This document shows, one piece after another, positions 37,215 to 48,904 of a DNA stretch of 48,904 nt (within the stretch, counting starts at the first letter, position 1; each line of letters begins with the position of its first letter). A model generated the notes under the pieces. That model did no database searches, was not told the DNA's origin, and was given only the letters and a program-made list of their open reading frames with translations. The DNA is from Octopus sinensis (taxonomy: Eukaryota), in the NCBI RefSeq assembly GCF_006345805.1, contig NW_021834396.1, forward strand, positions 1 to 48,904. Direction: 5' to 3'. The translations under genes were made by a program, and so were the position numbers.

Positions 37215-37862
37215 GTTTCAAGTTTTTGTTCAAGGCTCGTCATGTCGGGAGCAGGGATGAGTCGATTATTTCGACCCTGATGTTTAGCTGGCACTTATTT
37301 CATAAAATCCGAAAGGCTGAAAGACAAAGTCCGTCTCGGTGGAATTTGGACACTGGAATTAAAGACGGATGAAACTCTGCTAAAGATTTTGCACAGTTGA
37401 GCTAAAGATTAATGATGATAATAATAAAGGTGCCAAATTTTAGCATAAGACCAGCAATTTCGTGGGCGGGGATGGCTTAAGTCGATTACACCTGTCACAA
37501 TGCTCAGTGGTACTTATTTTCTTGAACCCGAAAGAATGAAAGGGAAAATTGTGGTGCGGGGGGGGGGCTTGAACTCAGAACGTAAATGATAAACGACTTG
37601 GGGTTAAGTATTTCGCTGGGAACGCTAAGAATTCTGCCAACGTCGGCGATGTTGTGGGTGGGGGACGCCATCGCCGCTGACGTCGATGAGAGAGACGAAG
37701 GCAAAGACGGTGACGACGACGACGTTGTTGTTGTTGATGACGAGGGTGAAGAAGGGGATGATGATTATGATGATGATGATGATGATATGCACTGTTCGCC
37801 AGTGTATTTATCATATGTTTGTTCATTTGCTACCCATTACTATCATTATTATTATTATTATT

Positions 37863-38394
37863 GAGTGAGAGAGCAGTGCTTGCCATCAAAGTGACACTGG
37901 GGTAAAATATACGAAGCCCAATATATCCATCATGACTACCCGTCTGATAAGGGTACACCAGGCACATGCATCACAACCATATGTGCTCGACATGGTGATC
38001 TCATATCAAGATAAACAGCACATGACCTTGCAGGTGGGGCCCAGTTAGAATTTTCTTCATGTTGAGTAGCCATCCCGCTAAAAGGTCCCTGAATAAGGGT
38101 GTTTAAGGAGGTTGAAAGAACCACCCATTTTTCCAGAGGTGAATTATTCAAACCCCAAAGAATCCCTCTCAACACATGGCTATGATGCTCCCCCACTACT
38201 TCTGCTCGTGATCAGAGATGCACATATCGTCAGACACTAAGGGATGCTCAACTGGTTAAGGTCAAACAACTGACAAGCAAATCTGTGGTATTGAGCAGAA
38301 TATTGCTGTAGCCCATCTTTTATACCAAGACAAAACAATGTACATGATAACACTTCCAATCAGTTAAGATCAGAAGCCATGAGAGCCACTGCCT
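37863..38394 (-). mobile_element. second copy of the ~535-bp (AAT)n-flanked element
   Basis: Reverse complement of 36643-37180, from 'aggcagtggctctcatgg' to 'ctctctcactc'. Confidence 0.85.
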
Positions 38395-38455
38395 GGTACA
38401 CTATTATTATTATTATCTTCTTTTTTTATTATTATTATTATTACTATATATATAT

Positions 38456-38512
<57 letters not shown>

Positions 38513-39545
38513 GTAGGTCATATTTCCGTTTGTTGTCTTTTTATTTAATCCTGAAAATATTATTTATGTAGCGCACACGCTCATTAAATTTTGATGATGA
38601 TGATTATGACGACGACGATGGTGATGATGATGGTGGTGAAGAGGAGGAGGCGGATACTTAAATGATATCACGTGAACTGCCATCGGAGGAGAAATAAAAA
38701 ACCCATTCATCGAAACGAAAATAGCAAAGACACGACACGCTTTAGTGAGAAAGATGAAAATATAGTAGATCAAGTAGATACAACATTCCTTTCATAATGT
38801 TATCTTCATGGTTTTATCTCGATATCATCATCAATGTAGATAGATGCGTCGGCAATTATTTGGCTCAGCTGGTTGTCATGGGCAGTGTTTTTGTACATAT
38901 CTATCTCTCAACTAATCCATTTTCGTGTTCGAAGCGTCCGATTGACGTAGCTTCTAAAATCGATCTTGTTTGAGAATTTACTCAGATTTAGCAATGATCA
39001 AGAAACCGTGAATAATACAGTTAATCGTTTCATTTAAATGGCTGCAGTGTCTACACCCGATTCTAGAATATTCTTTTTTCACAGCTTTCCTTTTCTAATT
39101 ATTCCTAGCTAGCCATTAGTACTGCGCAACAAAATGCAAACCTTCTATGTCTGTTTTTAGCCTGGCTTTCTCTTTGAATTACTTCCGTTCTGTCGAATCT
39201 TACAGGGTATTTGTAAAAAGAACGATTTGTTTCCGTTATTCTTTGGTATATTTTTGAATTCCTTCATCATCTTGTAAATTTAAACTGGTGTTTATTTTTA
39301 CCTTTCCGCCATCAAAATCACATTTTTTCCCCTCTAGTCAGTTGTCAATTTATACTTTAACATTTCCTTATAAAGCGAGAATCCATGTTTATTTTCTTCA
39401 TGTTTTTGTTATAACAGTAATGACTTTCAGTTTGATTGCTTTTAAATAAGTTTATACCTTCACTGCTGTTACTCTATAGCAGTGTAGCATCTGTATTACA
39501 ACTGGCCGTCCTTCACTGAGTTCTAAGAATATTAGCTTTGTTTAA

Positions 39546-39895
39546 GACGGTGAGCTGGCAGAAACGTTAGCACGCAGGGCGAAACGTGTCGCCGTATTTC
39601 GTCTACCGTTACGTTCTGAGTTCAAATTCTTCCGAGGTTGACTTTGCCTTTCATCCTTTCGGGGTCTATTAAATAAGAACCAATTACGCACTGGCGTTGA
39701 TATAATCGACTTAATCCGTTTAGCTGTTCTTGTTTGTCTTCTCTGTGTTTAACCCCTTGTGGGTAGTAAAGAAATAGGTATTTCCTCCGTCTTCACGTTT
39801 AACCGTTTCGATATAAAGACTACCAGTGAAGTACTGGGGTCGATACAACCGACTAACATCCTCCCTGAATTTGCTAGCCTTGTGCCACAACTTGA
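39546..39895 (+). mobile_element. Deu/Nin-domain SINE plus truncated second unit
   Basis: Head 'gacggtgagctggcagaaacgttagcac'; restart 'aaagaaata|ggtatttc' at ~39778. Confidence 0.85.
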
Positions 39896-40236
39896 AATGA
39901 ATATTACCTTTGTGGTGCTAACTTCGAAATGCTGTTGGTAATTGCGCGAATTTTCTTTCTAAAATTTTCAGTTCAGTTAAATTCCAGTTCATATTTTTGA
40001 AGCTTAAGACTACAAGAGCATAGTTTGACGCACTCAAATGTATTCTATATCTTTTCTGTTTTATCTATTTTATAAAATAAGGGTAGTTATGGCTGCGCAG
40101 TTGAAAATTTCGTTTACAGCCACATTGCGTCGCATTTAACTACACTGCACTGCATATATACGTCAACCATTCTTGTAGAAGGAGAGTTTTGTACTCTTCT
40201 ACAAATTATATTTATATTTATTATAATAAATACAAT

Positions 40237-40315
<79 letters not shown>

Positions 40316-40430
40316 TAATATATTATATATGTATATGTATATATATAATTGTATATATATTGATAGTGTATAATATAATTATATATATTATTATGTATAT
40401 AGATATTATATATATATATGTATATATAAT

Positions 40431-40464
<34 letters not shown>

Positions 40465-40506
40465 AATATAATTATATATATATGTATATATATAATATAA
40501 TTATAC

Positions 40507-40550
<44 letters not shown>

Positions 40551-40590
40551 TGTATATATATAATATATATTATATATAATATGTATATAA

Positions 40591-40661
<71 letters not shown>

Positions 40662-40759
40662 GTTATTCCAAACATGAAAACACATGGAGAAAACACAACA
40701 ACGCGAGACGTGGACAAATATAGTATTATTGGACGCTTAGGAAGAAGAAAAGAAGGAGG

Positions 40760-40794
40760 GTTTAACCTTTCGAGCGGAGCTCCTCGTCGGAAAC
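40760..40794 (-). ncRNA. degenerate minimal hammerhead-like motif
   Basis: Minus strand: gttt-CCGACGA-G-GAGC tcc GCTC-GAAAG-GTT-aaac. Stems I and II pair; two conserved positions deviate (U4C and the stem III C). Confidence 0.5.
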
Positions 40795-40862
40795 ATAGGA
40801 GAAGGAAAGATCCAGAGGGAAGACAGAGGGAAAAAAAATCACAAACGGTACACACGCGTCAC

Positions 40863-40909
<47 letters not shown>

Positions 40910-41532
40910 TATATATTGAAAACCAAGGCGAAGAGTTGAGACTTATTTACATCCAAACTTTTTTTATCAAAAACTTTCCTACGGCCTATTTAACAGTGAC
41001 CAACATATGTTTCTACAGTAGCAACTGCACATTGCACATCGCTGCACTTTCTCCAATGGTCCATCATTTACGTCGTTTTCAAAGTGAATCAACTCAAAGA
41101 AGTTTCCTGCGTTGGTATTCAGTTGAAGGTGATAACGTTACTTTTTTTAAATCGAAGTGAATTCTGGTCTTATAATCACCTCAAGTAGCATTACAGTTGA
41201 ATCGTGGTTTTAAAATGTTTAGTAATATTGGAATTAACTGTAGCAGTTTTGCTTACATTTTACTGCAGGGAGTATATTAAATAGTCAAATCTATTTCCCT
41301 TATTTTAGGCCTATATCCTAAATTGATATAATTGTTGTTATTATAATCCTTGTAATTAGTATCGTTACCTATCAGAATCATGATTTTAACTAGTATAGTT
41401 ACTATAGATGGTAAGTTATAACTATTCGATTCGTTCAAACGTGTATTTTTCCAGTGTGGAGTTTCATAGCCTGTGATATATATCTATATCTATCTCTCTA
41501 TCTATCTATCTATCTATCTACTATCTATCATC

Positions 41533-41609
<77 letters not shown>

Positions 41610-41640
41610 AGGAAAAAAGCAACAAGAATGGATTAAAATC

Positions 41641-41724
41641 TCGGTACGATCGTTTCGTACGAGGACATCTTTAATAAGCTACAAAAAATGCAGTGAATAC
41701 AGATGGCTCGTACTCGTCAGCCGA
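41641..41724 (-). ncRNA. hammerhead ribozyme (mirror copy in left palindrome arm)
   Basis: Reverse complement of 42250-42333. Confidence 0.8.
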
Positions 41725-42249
41725 AAAAACATCAGAGAATTCCCAAACATCAAAAGGGGTAGATACAAAAGAGGTTGTAAGATTAGCTGCATTGAAGAAA
41801 GTTCGATTCATGGAGATCCGATGAAAGGTTTTAAACCTACAGAATTTATGCATGTATACATATAGCTCATATTGAATATTTGATCAAGTTGTGTGAAGAA
41901 ATTTTCGGATACCAGTCATGCAAAATTTCTGAAAATCCGAGTAAGAGGCAAAGTGACTGCCATATCATGTAGAGGAAAGTCTGAGTAAAAGCAGACTTTC
42001 CTCTACATGATATGGCAGTCACTTTGCCTCTTACTCGGATTTTCAGAAATTTTGCATGACTGTATCCGAAAATTTCTTCACACAACTTGATCAAATATTC
42101 AATATGAGCTATATGTATACATGCATAAATTCTGTAGGTTTAAAACCTTTCATCGGAACTCCATGAATCGAACTTTCTTCAATGCAGCTAATCTTATAAC
42201 CTCTTTTGTATCTACCCCTTTTGATGTTTGGGAATTCTCTGATGTTTTT

Positions 42250-42333
42250 TCGGCTGACGAGTACGAGCCATCTGTATTCACTGCATTTTTTGTAGCTTAT
42301 TAAAGATGTCCTCGTACGAAACGATCGTACCGA
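42250..42333 (+). ncRNA. canonical minimal type-I hammerhead ribozyme with extended helix II
   Basis: tcgg-CTGACGA(42254-60)-GTACGAG...~43 nt...CTCGTAC-GAAAC-GATC-GTA(42327-29)-ccga. All core nucleotides are present; predicted cleavage after 42329. Confidence 0.82.
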
Positions 42334-42487
42334 GATGTTAATCCATTCTTGTTGCTTTTTTCCTATTTGTAATCACCCCACTTGTCGTATGGTTAACACC
42401 ATATAGATTTCCGGTGCATCCTAGTTAAGGACCATATTCATGTGAATTCTTTAGAATTCACTAGAATCTCAATTACTTAACCGAGTA

Positions 42488-42524
<37 letters not shown>

Positions 42525-42529
42525 GCAAC

Positions 42530-43185
42530 CATTACAGTGAACCAGTTGCTACTGGTATCATCATAGTATTAAGCTTCCACATTTTTGTGATTTCAATTTG
42601 TAGATTTTTATAGTGAGAAAGCTTTTCGTATTCTTTTCTTCAGACATTTTGATGTTCCTCTGCTGTAGTCCTTGATCACAATGTCTGGTCGATTGAGTCA
42701 ATTTTTCTGTTTCTTTGTATTGGAAAACTTCCAAAGGAAGGTGACACCCTCGCCGTTTACTACATCCTTTAGATTCTGTCTGCGTCACTTATCATGATAT
42801 TTAATTTTGTAGTATTTACAAGCATTCCAGTGGATGTACTTCCCTAGACTGTCATGTCTTTTTAGGTACTCCTTATCAGCCAGAAACAACATGATCAATT
42901 CTCTCTGAATATCCTGCAGGTTCTGAACGAGGGGTCAGATCCGTCTTTAAGAATGTCTGCATGGTAGTTTCTGGTATGTAAGCTCTGATCTTGCGCTGCA
43001 ATATCAAAACCTTCTGTTTCCCCTTTCAGACCTGTCCCTTTTAGCCATTGGTGTGGTAGATTTTGGTCAATATCTGTCTTGGACAGGCAGTTAAGGTATT
43101 TTCTATGCAGGAGTTTGCCTTTCCAGTTGTCTTCATATTATTCAGGCAAGCCTTCTTTGCGTTTTGTTTGACGTTTTTACATTAG
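42530..43185 (-). mobile_element. R4/Dong-clade LINE fragment A (zinc knuckle and restriction-like endonuclease region)
   Basis: Manual minus translation: 'WKGKLLH...QWLKGTGLKGETEGFDIAAQDQSLHTRNY', 'LADKEYLKRHDSLGKYIHW', 'EYEKLSHYKNLQIEITKMWKL...IPVATG'. Confidence 0.85.
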
Positions 43186-43188
43186 TGA

Positions 43189-43254
<66 letters not shown>

Positions 43255-43255
<1 letters not shown>

Positions 43256-43630
43256 AATGCCTCTCGAGTAGTTCTTAATTGCCTGTTATTCTCTAGTTCA
43301 AAGCAGGCAACAACAAATCACCAAAGGTTTCAAGTAGTGCTTTCTCCCGTGATTCAAAGAGACAATACTCTCCTTAGAATGCGAGCTGTACCCAACAATA
43401 CTGTCTTCTGTATCACCTCGGGCCTGACAGTCGCTCCAATATTATTAAAATATTTCTCAAAACTCTTGGAAACTGCTCCTAAGGATCCAATTACCACCGG
43501 TAATCACCATTACTTTCCTCATGCCCCATAACTTTCCTATCTCGTCCCGCAGTGGCTGGTATTTTTCAATCTTTTCTGTTTCCTTTACATTTCACCCTCG
43601 AATCGCCTGGTATAGCAACCTCTATTATCT
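43255..43630 (-). mobile_element. R4/Dong-clade LINE fragment B (ORF end + 3'UTR), flanked by (TAA)n
   Basis: Minus translation 'IEVAIPGDSRV...EKIEKYQPLRDEIGKLWG...VVIGSLGAVS...IQKTVLLGTARILRRVLSL*', then ~100-nt UTR and (TAA)n. Confidence 0.88.
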
Positions 43631-43735
43631 TTATTATTATTATCATTACTATTATTATTATTATTACAATTATTATCATTATTATCATCATCATCATCAT
43701 CATCATCGTTATTATTATCATCATTATCATTATCC

Positions 43736-43784
<49 letters not shown>

Positions 43785-43834
43785 CACCATTATCATCATT
43801 ATTATTATTATTATCATTATTATTATTATTAATA

Positions 43835-43882
<48 letters not shown>

Positions 43883-43979
43883 CTATTATTATCATTATCA
43901 TCATCATCATCGTTATTATTATTATCATTATCATTATCCTTATTATTATTATTATTAGTAGTAGTAGTAGTAGTAGTAA

Positions 43980-44020
<41 letters not shown>

Positions 44021-44022
44021 AT
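43630..44022. repeat. (TTA/TCA)n then (GTA)n trinucleotide array
   Basis: Directly visible; poly-I/N/Y/S ORFs here are artefacts. Confidence 0.95.
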
Positions 44023-44542
44023 AGGTAGATTCAATAACGAATGGATAATATTTTGTTCGGTGTTCTTGGCGTAGTCTGTGATAAATTTATACGACAGCTA
44101 TTCCTGAAAGCATAATAGAAAATGATTGAGTGGAGAAGCAATTGATGACATGCCCATAGGTCATGTGTTTAAATCTAACTATCCGGAGCTCGGCTGTGTA
44201 CACGGAGCAAGTTACTTAACTAAGCTTGTGTGCATATTTGTAATAAGAACCAGAGTTTTTCCTACAGAATTACCTAGATGCGAGAGAGGGAGGAATACAG
44301 AGAGAGAGAAGGAGAGAGGGGGAGTGTTGGGTGAGAGAGAGACATAGTGAGGGCAGAGGGAGAATTGATTCTCATTTGTTAAACGCAACATTAGTAAGCA
44401 GAATAAAGTACCGAATCTGCAGATCACCTTTTCACTTATCAATCAATCAATCTGTAAATTGATGTTTTTAAGCACCTCACTCTCTTAACGCAAACAGATA
44501 CACAAGCAGACGCATGCGCACACATGGAGACAGATATATTAC

Positions 44543-44586
<44 letters not shown>

Positions 44587-44715
44587 AAGAAAGAAAGAAA
44601 ATGAAAGAGAGTGTAATATATGTATGTCTGTGTGTATATGTAGTATATATATATATATAAATGAATCATCTATATTGGGTAAGAAAGAGAAGCGGATATA
44701 TATCCAGGTAATATA

Positions 44716-44781
<66 letters not shown>

Positions 44782-44859
44782 AGCTAGATTGATATACCTA
44801 TATATATACCTATATACATATATATATACACATATATATTTATAACCTATATATATAAC

Positions 44860-44893
<34 letters not shown>

Positions 44894-44897
44894 CACT

Positions 44898-44938
<41 letters not shown>

Positions 44939-45714
44939 GAGAGAGAGAGAGAGGAGAGAGAGAGACGGGAGAGAGGAGAGAGAGATGGAGAAAGAAAGAT
45001 ATATATATAAATTATATAAATAGATAGATGCATTCCTACAAACTGAACCATGTGCGTACAAATATACACCTTCATATATACCTTCATATAAATATATATA
45101 TCCGCCGTTCTAATGCTGGCTTGTTACACATGGCCTGAAACAGTTGCTTATCAATGGTCTCTACAGTTATGTCTTCTTAACTGCTTTTCCCCTCCAGTGA
45201 AAATATTTAATTTTGAGAGCAAACGAAATTTCCCTAACCTCCGTTCTCTCACCATCGACAGGTTTTCCCCGTTTTTCTCATATTTTAGACTTGAATACCG
45301 AACATATACTTCTCGTTATTTACGTATCATAATTTATACTCTAGCCGATCACTATAACAGCAGGTCAAGCGGAGAGGCTCACTATTCCCTCTGGCGAATC
45401 TGTTATCGCCGCCCTTTAGTATAATGATATCATAAAAGATCACTCGTGCTAACCACATATTTGTACACACATAAGAAGGTAAAATTACGCACATAAAGAG
45501 TTTTAGTTAAATGCAGGTTAGGGACATGATAATTGTCGTGGCAACAAATACATCACAACGTTCCCGATTACAAATCGTTATTGATTAAAATTATTCTCTC
45601 TACCATCCAGTAACTTTCGGCCTTTTGTCATCTGTTGTCAGAGAAATACTTCCATATAAATACTGTTTGTCTTTAGCACAGTTTTTCTTTCTTTCTCAAT
45701 CTATCTATCTATGA

Positions 45715-45830
45715 AGTGGCTAAATGGTTAAATTGTTGCACCCGCCATCTAGCGATCGTAATTTCAATTACCAGGCCGGGTGATGCATTGTCGTTTTGGA
45801 GCAAAAACTCTTCCTTTCACGTTGCTCACT
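45715..45830 (+). mobile_element. diverged tRNA/CORE-like SINE remnant
   Basis: 'gtggctaaatggtta...aatttcaattaccaggccggg...ttggagcaaaaactcttcctttcacgttgctc' resembles the head of the 9670-10020 family. Confidence 0.55.
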
Positions 45831-46099
45831 ACCAGAATGTAAATACCCTCCCTGATGATATTCGGGCATAACGTGGTCCAATTGTACAGCTAACATCGCT
45901 TGAACGGTAAGGATCAGAATCTAATGGTCGTATTGAAACATATGTAGGATTTTTATGCTTATTTCTTTTGATTCTGTTCTTATACGTATTAGTTTTTTTC
46001 ATCGTGATACAAATAAAATTAACTAAGTATCTACAATATTTCTTCTCCATTTCCTTTTATTGACTTTACTCCTTAAAAAAAAAAAAATATATATATATA

Positions 46100-46252
46100 T
46101 ACGACGGGATTCTTTCAGTTTCCGTCTAACAAATCAACTCAGAATGCTCATGCTGGCCCGAGATCACAGGAGAAAACACTGGCCTAAGTTGTCCACAGTG
46201 GGACTGAACCCGGAACCATGCGATTGGGAAGCAAGCTCCTGAACAATCCCCA
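46100..46252 (-). mobile_element. tRNA/CORE SINE head, reverse orientation
   Basis: 'ctttcagtttccgtc...gtgggactgaacccggaaccatg' is the reverse complement of the 23498 head. Confidence 0.75.
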
Positions 46253-46262
46253 CACATATATG

Positions 46263-46312
<50 letters not shown>

Positions 46313-46330
46313 GATAATAGATAGATAGAG

Positions 46331-46367
<37 letters not shown>

Positions 46368-46578
46368 CATGCATGCATACATACATACATACATACTACA
46401 TACATACATACATACATACATACATACATACATACATACATACAAATATATACATATGTATATATGTATATATGCATGCACGCATATATATGTAGATATA
46501 TTTATACATATACATATTTATGTACTTATATATATTATATATATAATATATAATATATATATTATTATATATATATAT

Positions 46579-47003
46579 AATAGTATCGCCATACTAATAT
46601 GGCATTCTTATAAAAATAAGAATAAAGCTGTCCGCTTATTAGCTCCATGAGGCCATCGCCTTAAGTTAGCTATTTGATACACAAACTGTATCCATATAAC
46701 CTTCGAACAAGGGAGGTCAGTCGCTCCACACTACTTGACCGGCAGCTACAGACGCGTTTCGGGGTATTGCCCCTTTTCAATGCAGCGTAGCCAGCCAGCA
46801 TTGAAAAGGGGCAATACCCCGAAACGCGTCTGTAGCTGCCGGTCAAGTAGTGTGGAGCGACTGACCTCCCTTGTTCGAAGGTTATATGGATACAGTTTGT
46901 GTATCAAATAGCTAACTTAAGGCGATGGCCTCATGGAGCTAATAAACGGACAGCTTTATTCTTATTTTTATAAGAATGCCATATTAGTATGGCGATAACT
47001 ATT
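46579..47003. repeat. 425-bp palindrome (~205-bp arms, 14-nt loop) with central hammerhead-like motif
   Basis: 46579-46783 is the reverse complement of 46798-47003, with about one substitution and one 1-bp indel. Confidence 0.95.
46782..46839 (+). ncRNA. minimal hammerhead ribozyme with U3-A8 core variant
   Basis: gca-TTGAAAA(46801-07)-GGGG caata CCCC-GAAAC-GC-GTC(46828-30)-tgt; distal stem I gcagc(46782-86)/gctgc(46835-39). Confidence 0.65.
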
Positions 47004-47468
47004 ATTTTCCGGGAACGCTGCCGCTGTTCTCTTTTAGAGAGACTTAGTAATTTTAATATTTCTATTATATATATATACTTATATATATATATATATATAT
47101 AATATATTCAAAGACTTAGGTGCACTAATAATAATAATAACCACAGAGAGAGGTTAGAATCAGTCTATGTTTATGTATTCCTGCAGTTTTTGCTTTACAT
47201 CAAAGGAGACTGGTATTACGCATGCGGTTGAATAAGTATGCATGTATTAGTTTACATATTTCGTTTCTATAAACGAAGGATAACACGAACCGATTACGAA
47301 ATTCACTGAAATAACTTTACAGACGCACACGTGCATACACACGAATAAATTCATACAGCTTTTCCTGTACGCGTGAATGTACGTGCCACTTTGTCTGAAT
47401 ATATAAGTGCATAGTTGTGCACATATCGATAGGTATATTGTATCTGTATGAGTGTGTGTGTATCAGTG

Positions 47469-47502
<34 letters not shown>

Positions 47503-47614
47503 CACTTCACACACACACACATATATATATATACACTCACACACACACACTTACACCATACACATATATATATACACTTCAAAAATATATATATTTATTT
47601 GTATATTTTTAGTG

Positions 47615-47645
<31 letters not shown>

Positions 47646-48649
47646 AGTAAATATATATATATATATATTATATATATATATGTCTGTACGTATGTCTGTA
47701 CTCAGAGACACACACACCCACACACACACACACACACATGTTCAATTGTGTTCGTATGCGAATGCGTATTAACAGGTGTCTGTATTGTAAATGTGCATAT
47801 GCGTGTAGATTTGCCAATGAACAAAGTTTTAATGATATATGCGTCAGAAAATTAATTAGTCGTTGGGGCTTTCAATTTTATTTTACGGCTGAACAGATAG
47901 TTAATTAATAATAAAGACACGTTTTCGAGATCTGAAAATTCAAAACTCGTTAATTTCACATTCGAATAATGATTAACAGAATTTTAACGAATTTATTTCT
48001 TTAATGTTTCGTATGTTTTCGCTAAAAGTAATACAGTATCACCTCGCATTGCGAAATTACTCAAAAACTGCTTTTCATTATATTTTCTCGTGGCATCTAC
48101 ATTGTAGGGGTGGTAACGATGTATGCCGTCTTTCTCTCGTTAGTATTTAATAATTTACACGTAACTGCAAGCGAGAAAATAATTTAGCTTCTTTAAGAGA
48201 GAAAAATGTTGAATATGGTACTAGCTTCCATCAAGTGGAAATATTATATTGCTCGTCGAATAATCGATGTTTATTATTCATGTTTGTGAAATGTATGAGG
48301 GCAATGAAATGCCAACAATTACAGGATGTCGATGAAAATGTTTCGCCTATGTTCATTTCTGGTAATATTTGCATTCCCGACAAATTTAATCCTTAAACTT
48401 CAGGAATATAGAAAAAGTAAGTTCCTGTTAAAGTACCCTAAATGATTAATCGAACATGCTAAGAGTAACTCTGTTTAACCCTGTAATCAATGTTATGCAT
48501 CGATGCTTATGGACTCACTCTTCATGATCTTAACCTAAATGTTCGATTTCTAAAATCGAAATGGGAATTGGTTTTCTAAAACGTTGATTGATGTTTACAT
48601 ATGTCGGATTCCATCGCCATTTAATGAAGGTAAGGTAACATTCTTTCTT

Positions 48650-48904
48650 GTACTCTTTCTTTTACTTGTTTCAGTCATTTTACTGCGGCCCTGCTGGAGC
48701 ACCACCTTTAGTCGAGCAAATCGACCCCGGGACTTATTCTTTGTAAGCCCAGTACTTATTCTATCGGTCTCTTTTGCCGAACCGCTAAGTGACGGGGACG
48801 TAAGCACACCAGCATCGGTTGTCAAGCAATGCTAGGGGGACAAACACAGACACACAAACAAACACACATACATATATATACATATATACGACAGCTTCTT
48901 TCAG
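48650..48904 (-). mobile_element. composite CORE/Nin SINE, reverse orientation, cut by the window end
   Basis: Reverse complement of the 23650-23900 region, including 'cttttacttgtttcagtcattttactgcggccctgctggagcacc'. Confidence 0.88.

Larger units (their letters stand above)
41608..42366. repeat. near-perfect 759-bp palindrome (~375-bp arms, 8-nt loop AGTAAAAG)
   Basis: 41608-41983 is the reverse complement of 41992-42366, with about 3 substitutions and one 1-bp indel found by eye. Confidence 0.95.

Noticed and set aside
48304-48361. Possible short plus-strand exon 'MKCQQLQDVDENVSPMFIS' with GTAATA donor
   Set aside because: Too short, and there is no independent evidence.

Overview
Very AT-rich, microsatellite-saturated eukaryotic DNA, probably intronic or intergenic. 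The SINE repertoire and (TA)n/(GATA)n/(TAA)n load suggest an octopus/cephalopod genome (inference). No complete host gene is visible, only candidate minus-strand exons (12591-12886, 35631-35704). Mobile DNA dominates: two Tx1-clade (L1-like) LINEs, both inserted in (GATA)n, one with a near-complete ORF2 and an apparent ~75-bp target-site duplication; two R4/Dong-like LINE fragments in (TAA)n; an inverted pair of ~535-bp elements bounded by (TAA)n; mariner, Tc1-like and Chapaev-like transposase relics; two non-autonomous Helitrons; and many tRNA-derived SINEs. The most striking unexplained structure is four long fold-back palindromes (22191-22508, 33703-33961, 41608-42366, 46579-47003). Three carry minimal type-I hammerhead ribozyme motifs of the Penelope-like-element kind: one fully canonical, one with a compensatory U3-A8 core, one degenerate. 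Three further stand-alone hammerhead-like motifs occur. A tandem pair of AG|GT recursive-splice-like sites lies at 32740-32864 on the plus strand.
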